Origin: Rhodobacterales bacterium
GTDB taxonomy: Bacteria > Pseudomonadota > Alphaproteobacteria > Rhodobacterales > Rhodobacteraceae
Assembly (NCBI GenBank): GCA_017303485.1
Contig: JAFLCY010000004.1
Coordinates: 6,392 to 70,391, forward strand
Length of the DNA: 64,000 nucleotides
Direction of reading: 5' to 3'
Made by a program: the position numbers and the translations under genes. How positions within the stretch are numbered: the first letter of the stretch is position 1; every line of letters begins with the position of its first letter. Shown here piece by piece: positions 1 to 9,268 of this stretch. The notes below the pieces were generated by a model that saw nothing but the letters and a program-made list of their open reading frames with translations, made no database searches and was not told where the DNA came from.

Positions 1-1
1 G

Positions 2-715
2 CAAGCCCTGATCGCCGAGGCGGCAGAGCTGATGCGGGAGGGCGTCGATCTCGACGCCCTGATCGCCGCCGCCGCAACCGGCGTGGGTCCGGCAGCGGCG
101 CAGAAGATCACGCCCCCCGGCCAGCGCATCGCCCTTGCCCGGGATGCAGCCTTCTCCTTCGTTTACCCGCATCTTTTGCAAGGCTGGCGCGCGGCGGGGG
201 CCGAGGTCCTGCCCTTCTCTCCCCTCGCCGATCAGGCCCCGGACCCGTCTGCCGATGTCTGCTGGTTGCCCGGAGGCTATCCCGAGTTGCACGGCGAAAC
301 GCTGGCCGACGCGCGGAGCTTCCGCGATGGCCTGCGTGCCTTTGGCCAGACGAAGCCCGTCCACGGCGAATGCGGGGGCTACATGGCGATGGGAGAAGCG
401 ATCATCGACAAGGATGGAAAGCGGCACCCGATGGCCGGTCTTCTGGGTCTGGTGACCAGCTACGAGAAGCGGAAGATGCACCTTGGCTACCGCAGCGCCA
501 CGTTGTGTCAGGCGATCCCCGGCCATGGCAAGGGCGGCGCGCTGCGGGGTCATGAGTTCCACTACTCGACCATCCTGACCCAGCCCGACGCGCCCTTGGC
601 CGAGGTGACCGACGCCAATGGCGATCCCGTCCCGGAGACCGGCTCCACTCGACTCCAGCCCGGGGGCGGGCTATCGACCGGCACCTTCTTCCACCTGATC
701 GCAGGCGCGTCATGA
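2..715 (+). CDS. cobB: Cobyrinate a,c-diamide synthase, C-terminal glutaminase part (5' truncated by window edge)
   Basis: Motifs IALARDAAFSFVY, LPGGYPELH, HGECGGYM and GHEFHYS. Frame is open back to position 2. Confidence 0.92.
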   Translation, partial: QALIAEAAELMREGVDLDALIAAAATGVGPAAAQKITPPGQRIALARDAAFSFVYPHLLQGWRAAGAEVLPFSPLADQAPDPSADVCWLPGGYPELHGETLADARSFRDGLRAFGQTKPVHGECGGYMAMGEAIIDKDGKRHPMAGLLGLVTSYEKRKMHLGYRSATLCQAIPGHGKGGALRGHEFHYSTILTQPDAPLAEVTDANGDPVPETGSTRLQPGGGLSTGTFFHLIAGAS

Positions 716-1449
716 CCGGCACAAAGAACGGCTTCGTCACCTTCGTCTCTGCCGGCCCCGGCGATCCCGACCTCCTGACCGTCAAGGCGGTCAAGGCGCT
801 CGCCGCCGCCGATGCGGTGCTGTACGACGACCTCTCCTCGGGCCCCATCCTCGCGCTGGCCCGGACCGGCGCCGACATGGTGGGCGTCGGCAAGCGGGCG
901 GGCCGCGCCTCGCCGAAGCAGGATCATGTCAGCCGGTTGCTGGTGGACTATGCCCTGACGGGAGCCAATGTCGTGCGGCTTAAGTCCGGCGATTCCGGCA
1001 TCTTCGGGCGGCTGGAAGAGGAACTGACCGCCGTCCGCGCTGCCGGCATCCCCTGCGAGATCATCCCCGGTGTCACCTCTGCTGCCGCCGCTGCCGCCGC
1101 CGCAGGCATTCCCCTCACCCGTCGCCAGCAGGCGCAGCGGATCCAGTTCATCACCGCCGCCGATGTCACCGGCAACCTGCCCCCCGGCCTGAACATCGCC
1201 GCGCTGGCAGACCCGCAGGCGACGACCGTGATCTACATGGGCAAGCGCACCTTCCCGGCGCTGGCCGAGCTGCTGGTCGCGGCGGGCCTTTCGCCCGATA
1301 CCCCCGCACTGCTGGCTGAATCCGTCTCGACGCCGGAACAATACCTCCACCGCTCCACCATCGCCGAACTGGCGCAAACACTGACCGAGGACCGCTCGCC
1401 CCGCCCCGGCCTGATTATCGTCGGCGCGCTGGCCGAGGGGTCGCTTTGA
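712..1449 (+). CDS. cobA: Uroporphyrinogen-III C-methyltransferase
   Basis: AGPGDPDLLTVKA, VVRLKSGD..IFGR..EE, IIPGVTS. ATGA overlap with cobB. Confidence 0.9.
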   Translation: MTGTKNGFVTFVSAGPGDPDLLTVKAVKALAAADAVLYDDLSSGPILALARTGADMVGVGKRAGRASPKQDHVSRLLVDYALTGANVVRLKSGDSGIFGRLEEELTAVRAAGIPCEIIPGVTSAAAAAAAAGIPLTRRQQAQRIQFITAADVTGNLPPGLNIAALADPQATTVIYMGKRTFPALAELLVAAGLSPDTPALLAESVSTPEQYLHRSTIAELAQTLTEDRSPRPGLIIVGALAEGSL

Positions 1450-1763
1450 AGGTCACGCTGTGCTCCAGTTGCGCCTTGGGACAGTCCGGCTTTGCCGACC
1501 GGCTGGCCGGGGCGCTTCAAGCCGAAGGGATCGCCGCCGAAACCGCCACGGTGGATTGCATGTCCGGCTGCACCCGACCCTCTACCTGCGCCTTCCGCGC
1601 GCCCGGCAAGACCGCCTACCTGTTCGGCGATCTGACACCCGGCGACCTGCCGGACCTAGTGACCTTCGCCCGCGCCTATGCGGCCAGCCCGGACGGCACC
1701 CTGACCGACGCCCGCGTGTTGGGAGAGTTGCGCTTCAAGGCCATCGCGCGGATTCCCGGCTGA
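1446..1763 (+). CDS. DUF1636-family Cys-rich small protein (cob-cluster associated)
   Basis: CxxC at N-terminus, VDCMSGC, GKTAYLFGDL, ends ARIP. TTG start overlaps cobA stop. Confidence 0.8.
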   Translation: MKVTLCSSCALGQSGFADRLAGALQAEGIAAETATVDCMSGCTRPSTCAFRAPGKTAYLFGDLTPGDLPDLVTFARAYAASPDGTLTDARVLGELRFKAIARIPG

Positions 1764-1827
1764 TCGGTCGCAAACCGCCCGAGAGGGACGCAAATCGCCT
1801 TGACCAAGGCCCGATCATGATGGCAAC

Positions 1828-2030
1828 TGAACGGGCATGGTGTCCGGCAAAGACGCAAAGCGTTCGGACTGAAACGGGAATGGGAAGGGGCGTACCGAAA
1901 ACGGCGCCCTGAACTCAACCGCCCCCGCGACTGTATGCGGAGAGCGGCTTTCCATCGGCCACTGGTCCCTTGGGCTGGGAAGGCGGAAAGCAGCTTCGAC
2001 CCGCGAGTCAGGAGACCGGCCAGGCAAAGG
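1828..2030 (+). promoter_or_regulatory. Cobalamin (AdoCbl) riboswitch
   Basis: Conserved blocks in correct order: GGTG, AAACGGGAA, GCCCCCGCGACTGT, GCCACTG, GGGAAGG, GAGTCAGGAGACCGGCC. Sits upstream of cbtB, with hairpin TGCCGTC-N6-GACGGCA next to the RBS. Confidence 0.93.
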
Positions 2031-2068
2031 AAACCCGAACTGCCGTCGGGTGTGACGGCATGGAGCAT

Positions 2069-2251
2069 ATGATGAACACGACGATCTCGACCACGACCCG
2101 CGCTTCCGAAAAGACCACCGCCCTCCTGTCCGTTCTGGGCATGCTGATGCTGGGCATGGTGATCCTGTTCGCCGCCGGTCACGCGCAGTCGGCCACCCTG
2201 CATGACGCCGCCCATGACGTGCGTCACGCGACCGGCTTCCCCTGCCACTGA
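2069..2251 (+). CDS. cbtB: Cobalt transporter subunit CbtB
   Basis: One TM helix followed by LHDAAHDVRHATGFPCH. GGAG RBS. Confidence 0.92.
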   Translation: MMNTTISTTTRASEKTTALLSVLGMLMLGMVILFAAGHAQSATLHDAAHDVRHATGFPCH

Positions 2252-2263
2252 CCCGCTGACAAA

Positions 2264-3034
2264 ATGTTCCCGAAAATGCTGACCAGCGCGATTGGCGCTG
2301 GCTGTGCGGCATGGCTGCTTGCAGCCGTGCTGCATTTCGCTTTCGTTCAGAACCTGATCCTTCTGGGCGAGGAATACGAATCCGGCAGGCTGGTGCATTA
2401 CGGCGGCACGGGTACCGAACCGGCCCATGCCGACGCGACGGCACCTGCCGACACGGCTGATGCGACATCCGAAGCCGCTCCGGAGGACGGCCATGACGAC
2501 GGGCACGCCGGCGGGCACGGGGGTGACTCCTCGGAGGCCACTCGCGATCTGTGGACGGCAGTCTTCTTCGGACTGGTCTATGTGGCCTATGCGATGATCC
2601 TCGTCGCCGGGTTCGGGATCGCGCGGGTCTATGGCAAGGTCATCTCGGCCCGTGAGGGCATCCTCTGGGGGATTGCCGGTTTCGCCGCCTTCCAACTTGC
2701 ACCTGCCATGGGGCTTACCCCCTCGCTTCCCGGCACGATGGCTGCCGATATCGGGGCACGGCAACTCTGGTGGTGGGGGACGGTGATTGCCACGGGTGGC
2801 GGGCTCGGGCTTCTGGCCTATGGTCGTGGCTTCGTGGCCGGGCTGGTCGGGGTCGTGCTTCTTGGCCTGCCCCATGTCATCGGCGCGCCGGTGCTGGAGG
2901 GATTCAGCGGCACCGCGCCGCCCGAGCTTGCCGCCGCCTTTGCAGCCCGCGTCCTGGGCTGCGCCCTTGTCGTCTGGGCTGTCATGGGCCTTGTCGCCGG
3001 ATACCTGTGGTCACGTCCTGACCGGACAGCTTAA
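2264..3034 (+). CDS. cbtA: Cobalt transporter subunit CbtA
   Basis: EEYE, His-rich loop, LAPAMGLTPSLPG, RQLWWWGT, LPHVIGAP. Follows cbtB. Confidence 0.9.
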   Translation: MFPKMLTSAIGAGCAAWLLAAVLHFAFVQNLILLGEEYESGRLVHYGGTGTEPAHADATAPADTADATSEAAPEDGHDDGHAGGHGGDSSEATRDLWTAVFFGLVYVAYAMILVAGFGIARVYGKVISAREGILWGIAGFAAFQLAPAMGLTPSLPGTMAADIGARQLWWWGTVIATGGGLGLLAYGRGFVAGLVGVVLLGLPHVIGAPVLEGFSGTAPPELAAAFAARVLGCALVVWAVMGLVAGYLWSRPDRTA

Positions 3035-3086
3035 CATCTGACCTGCGGCCCGGCAGATCGGGCCGCAGACTCCCGAAAGCACCCGG

Positions 3087-3833
3087 ATGACCACACTTTT
3101 CCTCATCGGCATCGGCACCGGCAACCCGGACCACGTCACCGGACAGGCCATCAAGGCACTGAATGGTGCCGACCTGATTCTGATCCCCCGCAAGGGCGAG
3201 GCCAAGTCCGACCTTGCCGACCTGCGCCGCCAGGTCTTGAGTGAGGTCCTGACCTCCCCGGTCCCGGTCGCTCATTACGACGTGCCGGTGCGCGCCGATC
3301 AGGACGACTACCTCGGCGCGGTGAACGACTGGCACGATGCCATCGCCCGCGTCTGGGCCAACGCCATCGCCGCCCACCGCCCCGACGCCCGGTCCGTCGC
3401 GCTGATGGTCTGGGGCGACCCCTCGCTCTACGACAGCACGCTGCGCATCTCCGCACGCCTGCCCGGCCTGTCGGTCAAGGTCATCCCCGGCATCACCAGC
3501 CTGCAGGCGCTGACCGCCGCCCATGCCATCCCGCTGAACACCCTAGCCGCACCCGTCACCATCACCACCGGCCGCCAGCTTCGCGATCACGGCTGGCCCG
3601 AGGGCGCGACGACCCTGGCCGTGATGCTGGACAAGGGCGGCGCTTTCACCACCCTTGACCCCGAGGGCACCGAGATCTGGTGGGGCGCCTATGTCGGCAT
3701 GCCCGAGGAGTGCCTGATCCAGGGCCCTCTGGCCGAAGTGGCCGACGAAATCCTTGCCACACGCGCCCGCCTCCGTGCCGAACATGGCTGGATCATGGAC
3801 ATCTACATCCTCCGCCGGGGCGGCGATGTCTGA
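3087..3833 (+). CDS. cobF: Precorrin-6A synthase (deacetylating)
   Basis: LIGIGTGNPDH, VWGDPSLYDS, IPGITS, IWWGAYVG, HGWIMDIY. Confidence 0.92.
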   Translation: MTTLFLIGIGTGNPDHVTGQAIKALNGADLILIPRKGEAKSDLADLRRQVLSEVLTSPVPVAHYDVPVRADQDDYLGAVNDWHDAIARVWANAIAAHRPDARSVALMVWGDPSLYDSTLRISARLPGLSVKVIPGITSLQALTAAHAIPLNTLAAPVTITTGRQLRDHGWPEGATTLAVMLDKGGAFTTLDPEGTEIWWGAYVGMPEECLIQGPLAEVADEILATRARLRAEHGWIMDIYILRRGGDV

Positions 3834-4770
3834 CCTGATCGCCCGCGCGCTGCCGGTCTACGGCCTGCCGCCCGACACGCCGCTGACGCTTCTCAACCGA
3901 TCCGAGAATGAAACCTGGCGGGCCGGGAACCTTGTGCTTCGCCTCCACCGCCAAGGCTACCACACGAAGGCAGAGATCGCCTCCGAACTCGCCTGGCTGA
4001 CAGAGTTGCAGGACCTGCCCGGCCTGCACACCACCAGCCCGATTCCCGGCGTGCAGGGCCTTGTCACCGAACTCGACGGCCACTTCCTTGTTGGCTTCGC
4101 CCTGCTCCCGGGCCAGGAACTCCAGCCCGCAGACGACCTCGCCCGCTGGTTCGCGCCGCTCGGGGAAATCACCGCGCGCCTGCACCTTCACGCCCGCCAG
4201 TGGACTCCGCCGCCGGACTTCACCCGCAAACGCTGGGACGTTGAGACCATCCTCGGTCCCGACCCGCACTGGGGCCACTGGCGGCAGGCACAGGGCCTCG
4301 ACCCCCACGGAGAGGAGCTTCTCGCCCGCGCGACCGATCGCCTCGCCGCGGCGCTGAATGCCTACGGCACCGGCCCCGGGACCTTCGGCCTGATCCACGC
4401 CGACCTGCGACTGGCCAACCTGATGGTGAACGGAGACCGCCTGACCGCCATCGATTTCGACGATTGCGGCTTCGGCTGGTGGGCCTATGACCTCGCTGCC
4501 GCCCTGTCCTTCTACGAGACCGATCCCCGCCTGCCCGACCTCATCGCCCGCTGGTGCGAGGGCTACACTCGCGTCGCCCCCCTTTGCCCCGAAGATCGCG
4601 CGATGATCCCCGCGCTGGTCTTCTTGCGCCGGGTTCTGCTCACTGCCTGGCTCGCCACCCGCGCCGACAGCGACACCGCATCGGCTCTGGGCGGACCGGC
4701 CTATACGCGAGGCACCCTCGCCCTCGCCGAACGCTACCTGACCGACGGGCTTTCGACGTTCCGCCCCTGA
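3826..4770 (+). CDS. APH/choline-kinase-like phosphotransferase (possible aminoalcohol kinase)
   Basis: SENET, LRLHRQGYH, ELAW, Brenner motif HADLRLANLM, IDFDDCGFGW..YDLA. ATG at 3826 overlaps the cobF end by 8 nt. Confidence 0.85.
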   Translation: MSDLIARALPVYGLPPDTPLTLLNRSENETWRAGNLVLRLHRQGYHTKAEIASELAWLTELQDLPGLHTTSPIPGVQGLVTELDGHFLVGFALLPGQELQPADDLARWFAPLGEITARLHLHARQWTPPPDFTRKRWDVETILGPDPHWGHWRQAQGLDPHGEELLARATDRLAAALNAYGTGPGTFGLIHADLRLANLMVNGDRLTAIDFDDCGFGWWAYDLAAALSFYETDPRLPDLIARWCEGYTRVAPLCPEDRAMIPALVFLRRVLLTAWLATRADSDTASALGGPAYTRGTLALAERYLTDGLSTFRP

Positions 4771-4772
4771 CC

Positions 4773-4832
4773 GCTCCTCTTTCGACTTCGTCGTCTCGTC
4801 GCCAGCGAGGAGTGACGAAGTCCACGACGAGC
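4773..4832. repeat. REP-like palindromic element, family A, copy 1
   Basis: GACTTCGTC...GACGAAGTC stem between convergent genes. Related copy at 49583-49646. Confidence 0.75.
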
Positions 4833-5719
4833 TACTCCTTCAGCAGCAACCCCAGCGCCAGCACCGTCAGCGCCACGCCCACCAGCACCAGCCCCGGGGG
4901 CACCGCGCCGTGCAGGACGATTTCCCACAGGATCACCCAGCTTGGCACCAGGTAGGTATAGGCCATCACCTTCGCGGCAGGCAGCCGGAGGCTGGCGTAT
5001 TGCAGCAACACGAAGGTCAGCGCGCTGGCCGCCACCGCCACATAGACCAGCGTCACCCAGACCACCGCGGGCAGGGCCGTCCAATCCGTCGCCAGAACCG
5101 CTGGCCCGGCGTACAGCGCCAGCAGCACTGTCCCCGCCAGCATCATCCCGAAGGTGAAGGCCACCGCCGGCTCCCCCCGGTTCAGCTTGCGGATCAAGGG
5201 GGCATAGGCAGCATGGGCGACGCATCCCACGAAATAGATCGCCTCACCCCGCCCGACCGCCATCGCCTTCAGCGCCGACAGGTCCGCCCGGAAGATCACC
5301 CACAGCGCCCCCAGACCCCCGATGGCCAGCGCAAGAGCCATCCGCCCGGTCAGCCGCTGGCGCAGGAACAGCCAGCCGAACCCGGCGGCCATCAGCGGCG
5401 TCAGGGTGAACACCGCCGCCGCCGATACCGCCGGGGCGGTCTTCAGCCCCTCGAACATCAGCACGAAATAGGCACCCAAGAGCCCGCCCAGCACCAGATA
5501 GCGCCAGGGCGCCACCCAGGCACTGCGCGGGATCCCGGTCGTCATGACCGCCGCCGCGCCAACCAGAACCCCCGCCAGCACGAAGCGCGCCACCGACAGG
5601 GCTCCGGGGTCGATATGCGGCGCGGCCAGCACGCCGAGGGAAAACGACCCCGCCACCAGCGCCGAAAACGCCAGCATGGCCAGATGCCCGCGCGCGGGCT
5701 GCGACAGGCCGGCAAGCAT
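4832..5719 (-). CDS. DMT/EamA family transporter
   Basis: About 10 hydrophobic helices with EamA-like duplication. Start overlaps the LysR stop (TGATG). Confidence 0.85.
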   Translation of the reverse strand: MLAGLSQPARGHLAMLAFSALVAGSFSLGVLAAPHIDPGALSVARFVLAGVLVGAAAVMTTGIPRSAWVAPWRYLVLGGLLGAYFVLMFEGLKTAPAVSAAAVFTLTPLMAAGFGWLFLRQRLTGRMALALAIGGLGALWVIFRADLSALKAMAVGRGEAIYFVGCVAHAAYAPLIRKLNRGEPAVAFTFGMMLAGTVLLALYAGPAVLATDWTALPAVVWVTLVYVAVAASALTFVLLQYASLRLPAAKVMAYTYLVPSWVILWEIVLHGAVPPGLVLVGVALTVLALGLLLKE

Positions 5720-6603
5720 CAGGTGCAGAACTTCCAGTCCTTCGCCGCTTCCTTCAGGTGGGTGAGGAAGGCCTGCACCTTCCGGGTCCGGTGCAGGTCG
5801 ACATGCGTCACCAGCCGCAGCGCGGATTCCCATTCCGGGCGCGGCGCCAGCACCTCGACAAGGTCAAGATCGCCTGCCGCGCGAAAGGTCATCATGAAGC
5901 CGATCCCCGCCCCGCTGCGCACCGCCTGCTCCAGCGCCGCCGCCTCGGTTGCGGCATAGGTGATCTGGTCGGGCTGCACCGTCGCGCGCAGCCAGCGGTG
6001 GAAGGGCGCGCGCGTCACCTCGGCATCGGTGCAGACAAAGCGATGACCGGCGAAGTCTGCTTCCGAGGCGGGCTTGCCATAGCGCTCGACATAGGACCGC
6101 GAGGCAAAGAGCCCCGCCTTCATCCGGGTCAGCGGCTGCACCACATTGTCGGGTTCTTCCGGTCCGTTTCCGGCACGGATCGCCACATGTGCCTCGCCGT
6201 AGTCCAGCCGGAACACCCGCATGTCGGTCAGGAAACGCACCTGGACCTCGGGGAACTTTTCCTGGAAACCCACGATCACCGGCGTCAGGAGATCGGACAT
6301 CCCCGCGATAGACGTCACCACCAGCTCGCCCGAGACCGTCTCACCCTGGCCCTTGATCCGGCTGACGAGATGGGCGAACTGCTCTTCCGTGGTCTGCGCC
6401 ACCGACAGAAGGTCGCGGCCCGACTCGGTCGGCGTGTAGCCCCGGGCATGGCGCTGGAACAGCTTCACCCCCAGCCGCCTTTCCAGCGCGTCGATGTGGC
6501 GGATCACCGTCGCATGATGCACCCCCAGCACCTCGGCCGCGCCCGAGACGGTGCCAAGGCGGGCGACCTGGAAGGCTGTGCGGATTTCGTCCCAGTTTTC
6601 CAT
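5719..6603 (-). CDS. LysR family transcriptional regulator
   Basis: MENWDEIRTAFQVARLGTVSGAAEVLGVHHATVIRHIDALE HTH, then LFQRHARGYTPT. Confidence 0.92.
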   Translation of the reverse strand: MENWDEIRTAFQVARLGTVSGAAEVLGVHHATVIRHIDALERRLGVKLFQRHARGYTPTESGRDLLSVAQTTEEQFAHLVSRIKGQGETVSGELVVTSIAGMSDLLTPVIVGFQEKFPEVQVRFLTDMRVFRLDYGEAHVAIRAGNGPEEPDNVVQPLTRMKAGLFASRSYVERYGKPASEADFAGHRFVCTDAEVTRAPFHRWLRATVQPDQITYAATEAAALEQAVRSGAGIGFMMTFRAAGDLDLVEVLAPRPEWESALRLVTHVDLHRTRKVQAFLTHLKEAAKDWKFCT

Positions 6604-6763
6604 GTTCGGCGCTTTCATCTGTGCGGGGGCGCACAGAGAACCCCGAGTTCCGGCGCAACACAAGGGGAGTCTGCAAGGATTCCCAGCGATTGTGGCTGCC
6701 GAGTTCCTTGACAGCGCCGCGCTGCCCGGTCCTTCTGGGGCCTCAGTCAAAGGCGAGGCGCGC

Positions 6764-7648
6764 GTGTTCGATTATCGGCCCATCTACGGGCATATCCGGT
6801 TCTCCTACTATGGTTTCACCGATACGCGTCTGAAGCCGACCCCGGACGACAGCGCCCTGGCCGAACTCTACGATGAGACCCGCATGGCCCGGCGGTTCCA
6901 TCTGTTTGAAAACCTGACCCTCCCCAGCCTGATCGCTCAGACGGATCGCAAGTTCACGACCGTGATCATGTCATCCGACGTCATGCCGGACCGGTTCAAG
7001 GAACGCCTGGTCGCTCTTGCCGCGCGGCTTCCCGGCGCTGTGGTCGAGTTTTCGACCGAACGTCGCGGCGACCTCGCCTTCCGCAAGTTCATGGGGGAAT
7101 CCCTGGCGCCCAGGGTGCGCGGCACCGCCATTCACTTCCGGCTGGATGACGACGACGCGCTTTCAAGTTCCTATATTGCCAGGCTCAGGCAAATCTCGCA
7201 GACCCTGCCGCCCAGCACGCATATATCCTTTCCGACCGGGATCATGCTGTTTCCGTCCGGCCGGGACGAACCCTCTGGTGCCTCCATGCCGCACCAGCGC
7301 TTCTTGACCGCCATCGGGCTGGCGACTGTCAACAGTGCCAGTTTCACCAAGAACCCCTTCCAGATGATGCACAGCAATGTCTGGACCCGATGGCCAGTCA
7401 TCTCGGAGCCGAGCTTTCCCGCGTTCATCCGCACACAGCATTTTGCGAACGACACGGCAGCGAAACAGGACCGGATCATTTCCGGTCTCCAACGAGAGAG
7501 ATTCAGCCGCCGGGCCGACCGCTATATTGAGCAGGTCGAAACCGCGCTTGCCGGGCATTTTCCCTTCATTACGCGACAGCGGCTGGATGGCCTGCTCGGC
7601 GAGGGTCTGGCGGTAAACAGCCTGTCAGACCTGCCGCCCGTCGCCTGA
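6764..7648 (+). CDS. Putative rhamnosyl transferase family glycosyltransferase
   Basis: RFSY, RFHLFENLTLPSLIAQTD and FRLDDDDAL resemble the Rhamno_transf family. GTG start inferred. Confidence 0.7.
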   Translation: MFDYRPIYGHIRFSYYGFTDTRLKPTPDDSALAELYDETRMARRFHLFENLTLPSLIAQTDRKFTTVIMSSDVMPDRFKERLVALAARLPGAVVEFSTERRGDLAFRKFMGESLAPRVRGTAIHFRLDDDDALSSSYIARLRQISQTLPPSTHISFPTGIMLFPSGRDEPSGASMPHQRFLTAIGLATVNSASFTKNPFQMMHSNVWTRWPVISEPSFPAFIRTQHFANDTAAKQDRIISGLQRERFSRRADRYIEQVETALAGHFPFITRQRLDGLLGEGLAVNSLSDLPPVA

Positions 7649-7699
7649 TTGCTCCAGCGCGCCTTGACGTCGCAGACAAGACTGTCCCACTCTGCCTCC

Positions 7700-8497
7700 A
7701 TGCAGACGCATAACGTGGAAGCCCGCCCGACCAGTTGGCCGGGGATCGTCGCGGTGACCGCCCGCTCGTCGCGCAGCTTTGCCCGCCATACGCATGACCA
7801 GTTCGGCATCGGCCTTGTCGACGCGGGGGCTCAGGCGTCTGCTTCCGGGCGCGGACCTGTCGAGGTGGAGGCAGGCGACCTGATCACGGTCAACCCCGGC
7901 GAGGTGCATGACGGACGGGCGGTCGACGACCGGGGCCGGATCTGGCGCATGGTCTACCTCGATCCCGAGGTTCTGGCCGGGATCACCGGCCAAAATGGCG
8001 AGTTCGCCTTTCCTTTCCTGCGCAAGCCCCGTCTTGCCGACAGCTTCCGCCGTCTCTTCCACGGCCTGTCCGACGGCCCCAGTGACCTGATGGTTGAAAG
8101 CGAACTGGTCACGCTTTGCCATGCCCTTGATGATAGTCCCTGCCGCCCGCTACCATCGGGTCCGGTGTCGCGTGCCGTTCAGGCCTTGCGGGACGATCCA
8201 GCGCGGCCTTTCACCCTGGTCGAGTTGGCGCAACTGGCCGGTCTGTCGCGCTTTCATTTCTTGCGCAGCTTTGCCAAGGCGACTGGCCTCACGCCACACG
8301 CCTTCCGGCTGCAAGCCCGCCTACATCTGGCCCGACGCCTGATCCAGACGGGACATCCGCTTGCCGAGGTTGCGGCCGAGGCCGGGTTCGCCGATCAAAG
8401 TCACCTGACCCGGCTTTTCACCCGCAGTTACGGCATGGCACCGGGGGGCTATGCCCGCAATTTCGTTCAAGACCGGAGGGCGGTGTTTCGCGGATGA
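7700..8497 (+). CDS. AraC family transcriptional regulator
   Basis: Cupin FARHTHD..NPGEVHDG plus C-terminal double HTH (AGFADQSHLTR). Confidence 0.92.
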   Translation: MQTHNVEARPTSWPGIVAVTARSSRSFARHTHDQFGIGLVDAGAQASASGRGPVEVEAGDLITVNPGEVHDGRAVDDRGRIWRMVYLDPEVLAGITGQNGEFAFPFLRKPRLADSFRRLFHGLSDGPSDLMVESELVTLCHALDDSPCRPLPSGPVSRAVQALRDDPARPFTLVELAQLAGLSRFHFLRSFAKATGLTPHAFRLQARLHLARRLIQTGHPLAEVAAEAGFADQSHLTRLFTRSYGMAPGGYARNFVQDRRAVFRG

Positions 8498-8527
8498 CAG
8501 GGGATGCCCCACTGAAAGGCCCGCCCC

Positions 8528-9145
8528 ATGCCCCTCCTGTCGCCCGAATTCCTGCTCACCTCGCTGATCGTCGTCGCCTCGCCCGGCACCGGGGCGATCT
8601 ACACCATCGCCGCCGGTCTGACCCAGGGCACCCGCGCCTCGGCGCTCGCCGCCTTCGCCTGTACCCTGGGCATCCTGCCCCACATGGCCGCCGCGATCAC
8701 CGGCCTTGCTGCGGTCCTTCATCAAAGCGCGCTGGCCTTCGAGATCGTCAGATATGCCGGTGTCGCCTATCTGCTCTGGATGGCCTGGCAGACCCTGCAG
8801 GAAGACGGCCCCCTCCAGGTCGAGAGCCAAGCCCGCCGACCGGCCCGCGCCGTCCTGATCGAGGGCATCGCAATCAACCTGCTGAACCCGAAGCTCTCGA
8901 TCTTCTTCTTCGCCTTCCTGCCCCAGTTCGTCCCGACCGCCGATCCGGCGCCGATCCTCACCATGACCGGGCTGTCCCTGGTCTTCATGGCGATGACCTT
9001 CGTCGTCTTCGCGGTTTACGGCCTCTTCGCCGCCCAGATGCGTGACCGTGTCATGGCCCGCCCCGCTGTCCTCGCATGGCTGAGGCGCGGCTTCGCGGCA
9101 GCCTTCGTTGCCCTTGGCGCAAGGCTGGCGCTTGCCGAGCGCTAG
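8528..9145 (+). CDS. LysE/RhtB family translocator
   Basis: SPGTG, GVAYLLWMA, NLLNPKLSIFFFAFLPQF. Confidence 0.92.
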   Translation: MPLLSPEFLLTSLIVVASPGTGAIYTIAAGLTQGTRASALAAFACTLGILPHMAAAITGLAAVLHQSALAFEIVRYAGVAYLLWMAWQTLQEDGPLQVESQARRPARAVLIEGIAINLLNPKLSIFFFAFLPQFVPTADPAPILTMTGLSLVFMAMTFVVFAVYGLFAAQMRDRVMARPAVLAWLRRGFAAAFVALGARLALAER

Positions 9146-9268
9146 GCCCGGCCTGCCCCGAGAAGGTCACACACGCGCTTGACCTTTGGTCAGCCTGTGA
9201 AAGACTGCCGCGATGCGCCCGGACCAGCACCTTTTCCATCCTGCGACCACAGCGCACGGCTTCCTGCC

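Noticed and set aside
1078-1105. GCC/GCT trinucleotide run in cobA
   Set aside because: Encodes the usual Ala-rich helix after PGVTS in tetrapyrrole methylases; not a contingency repeat.
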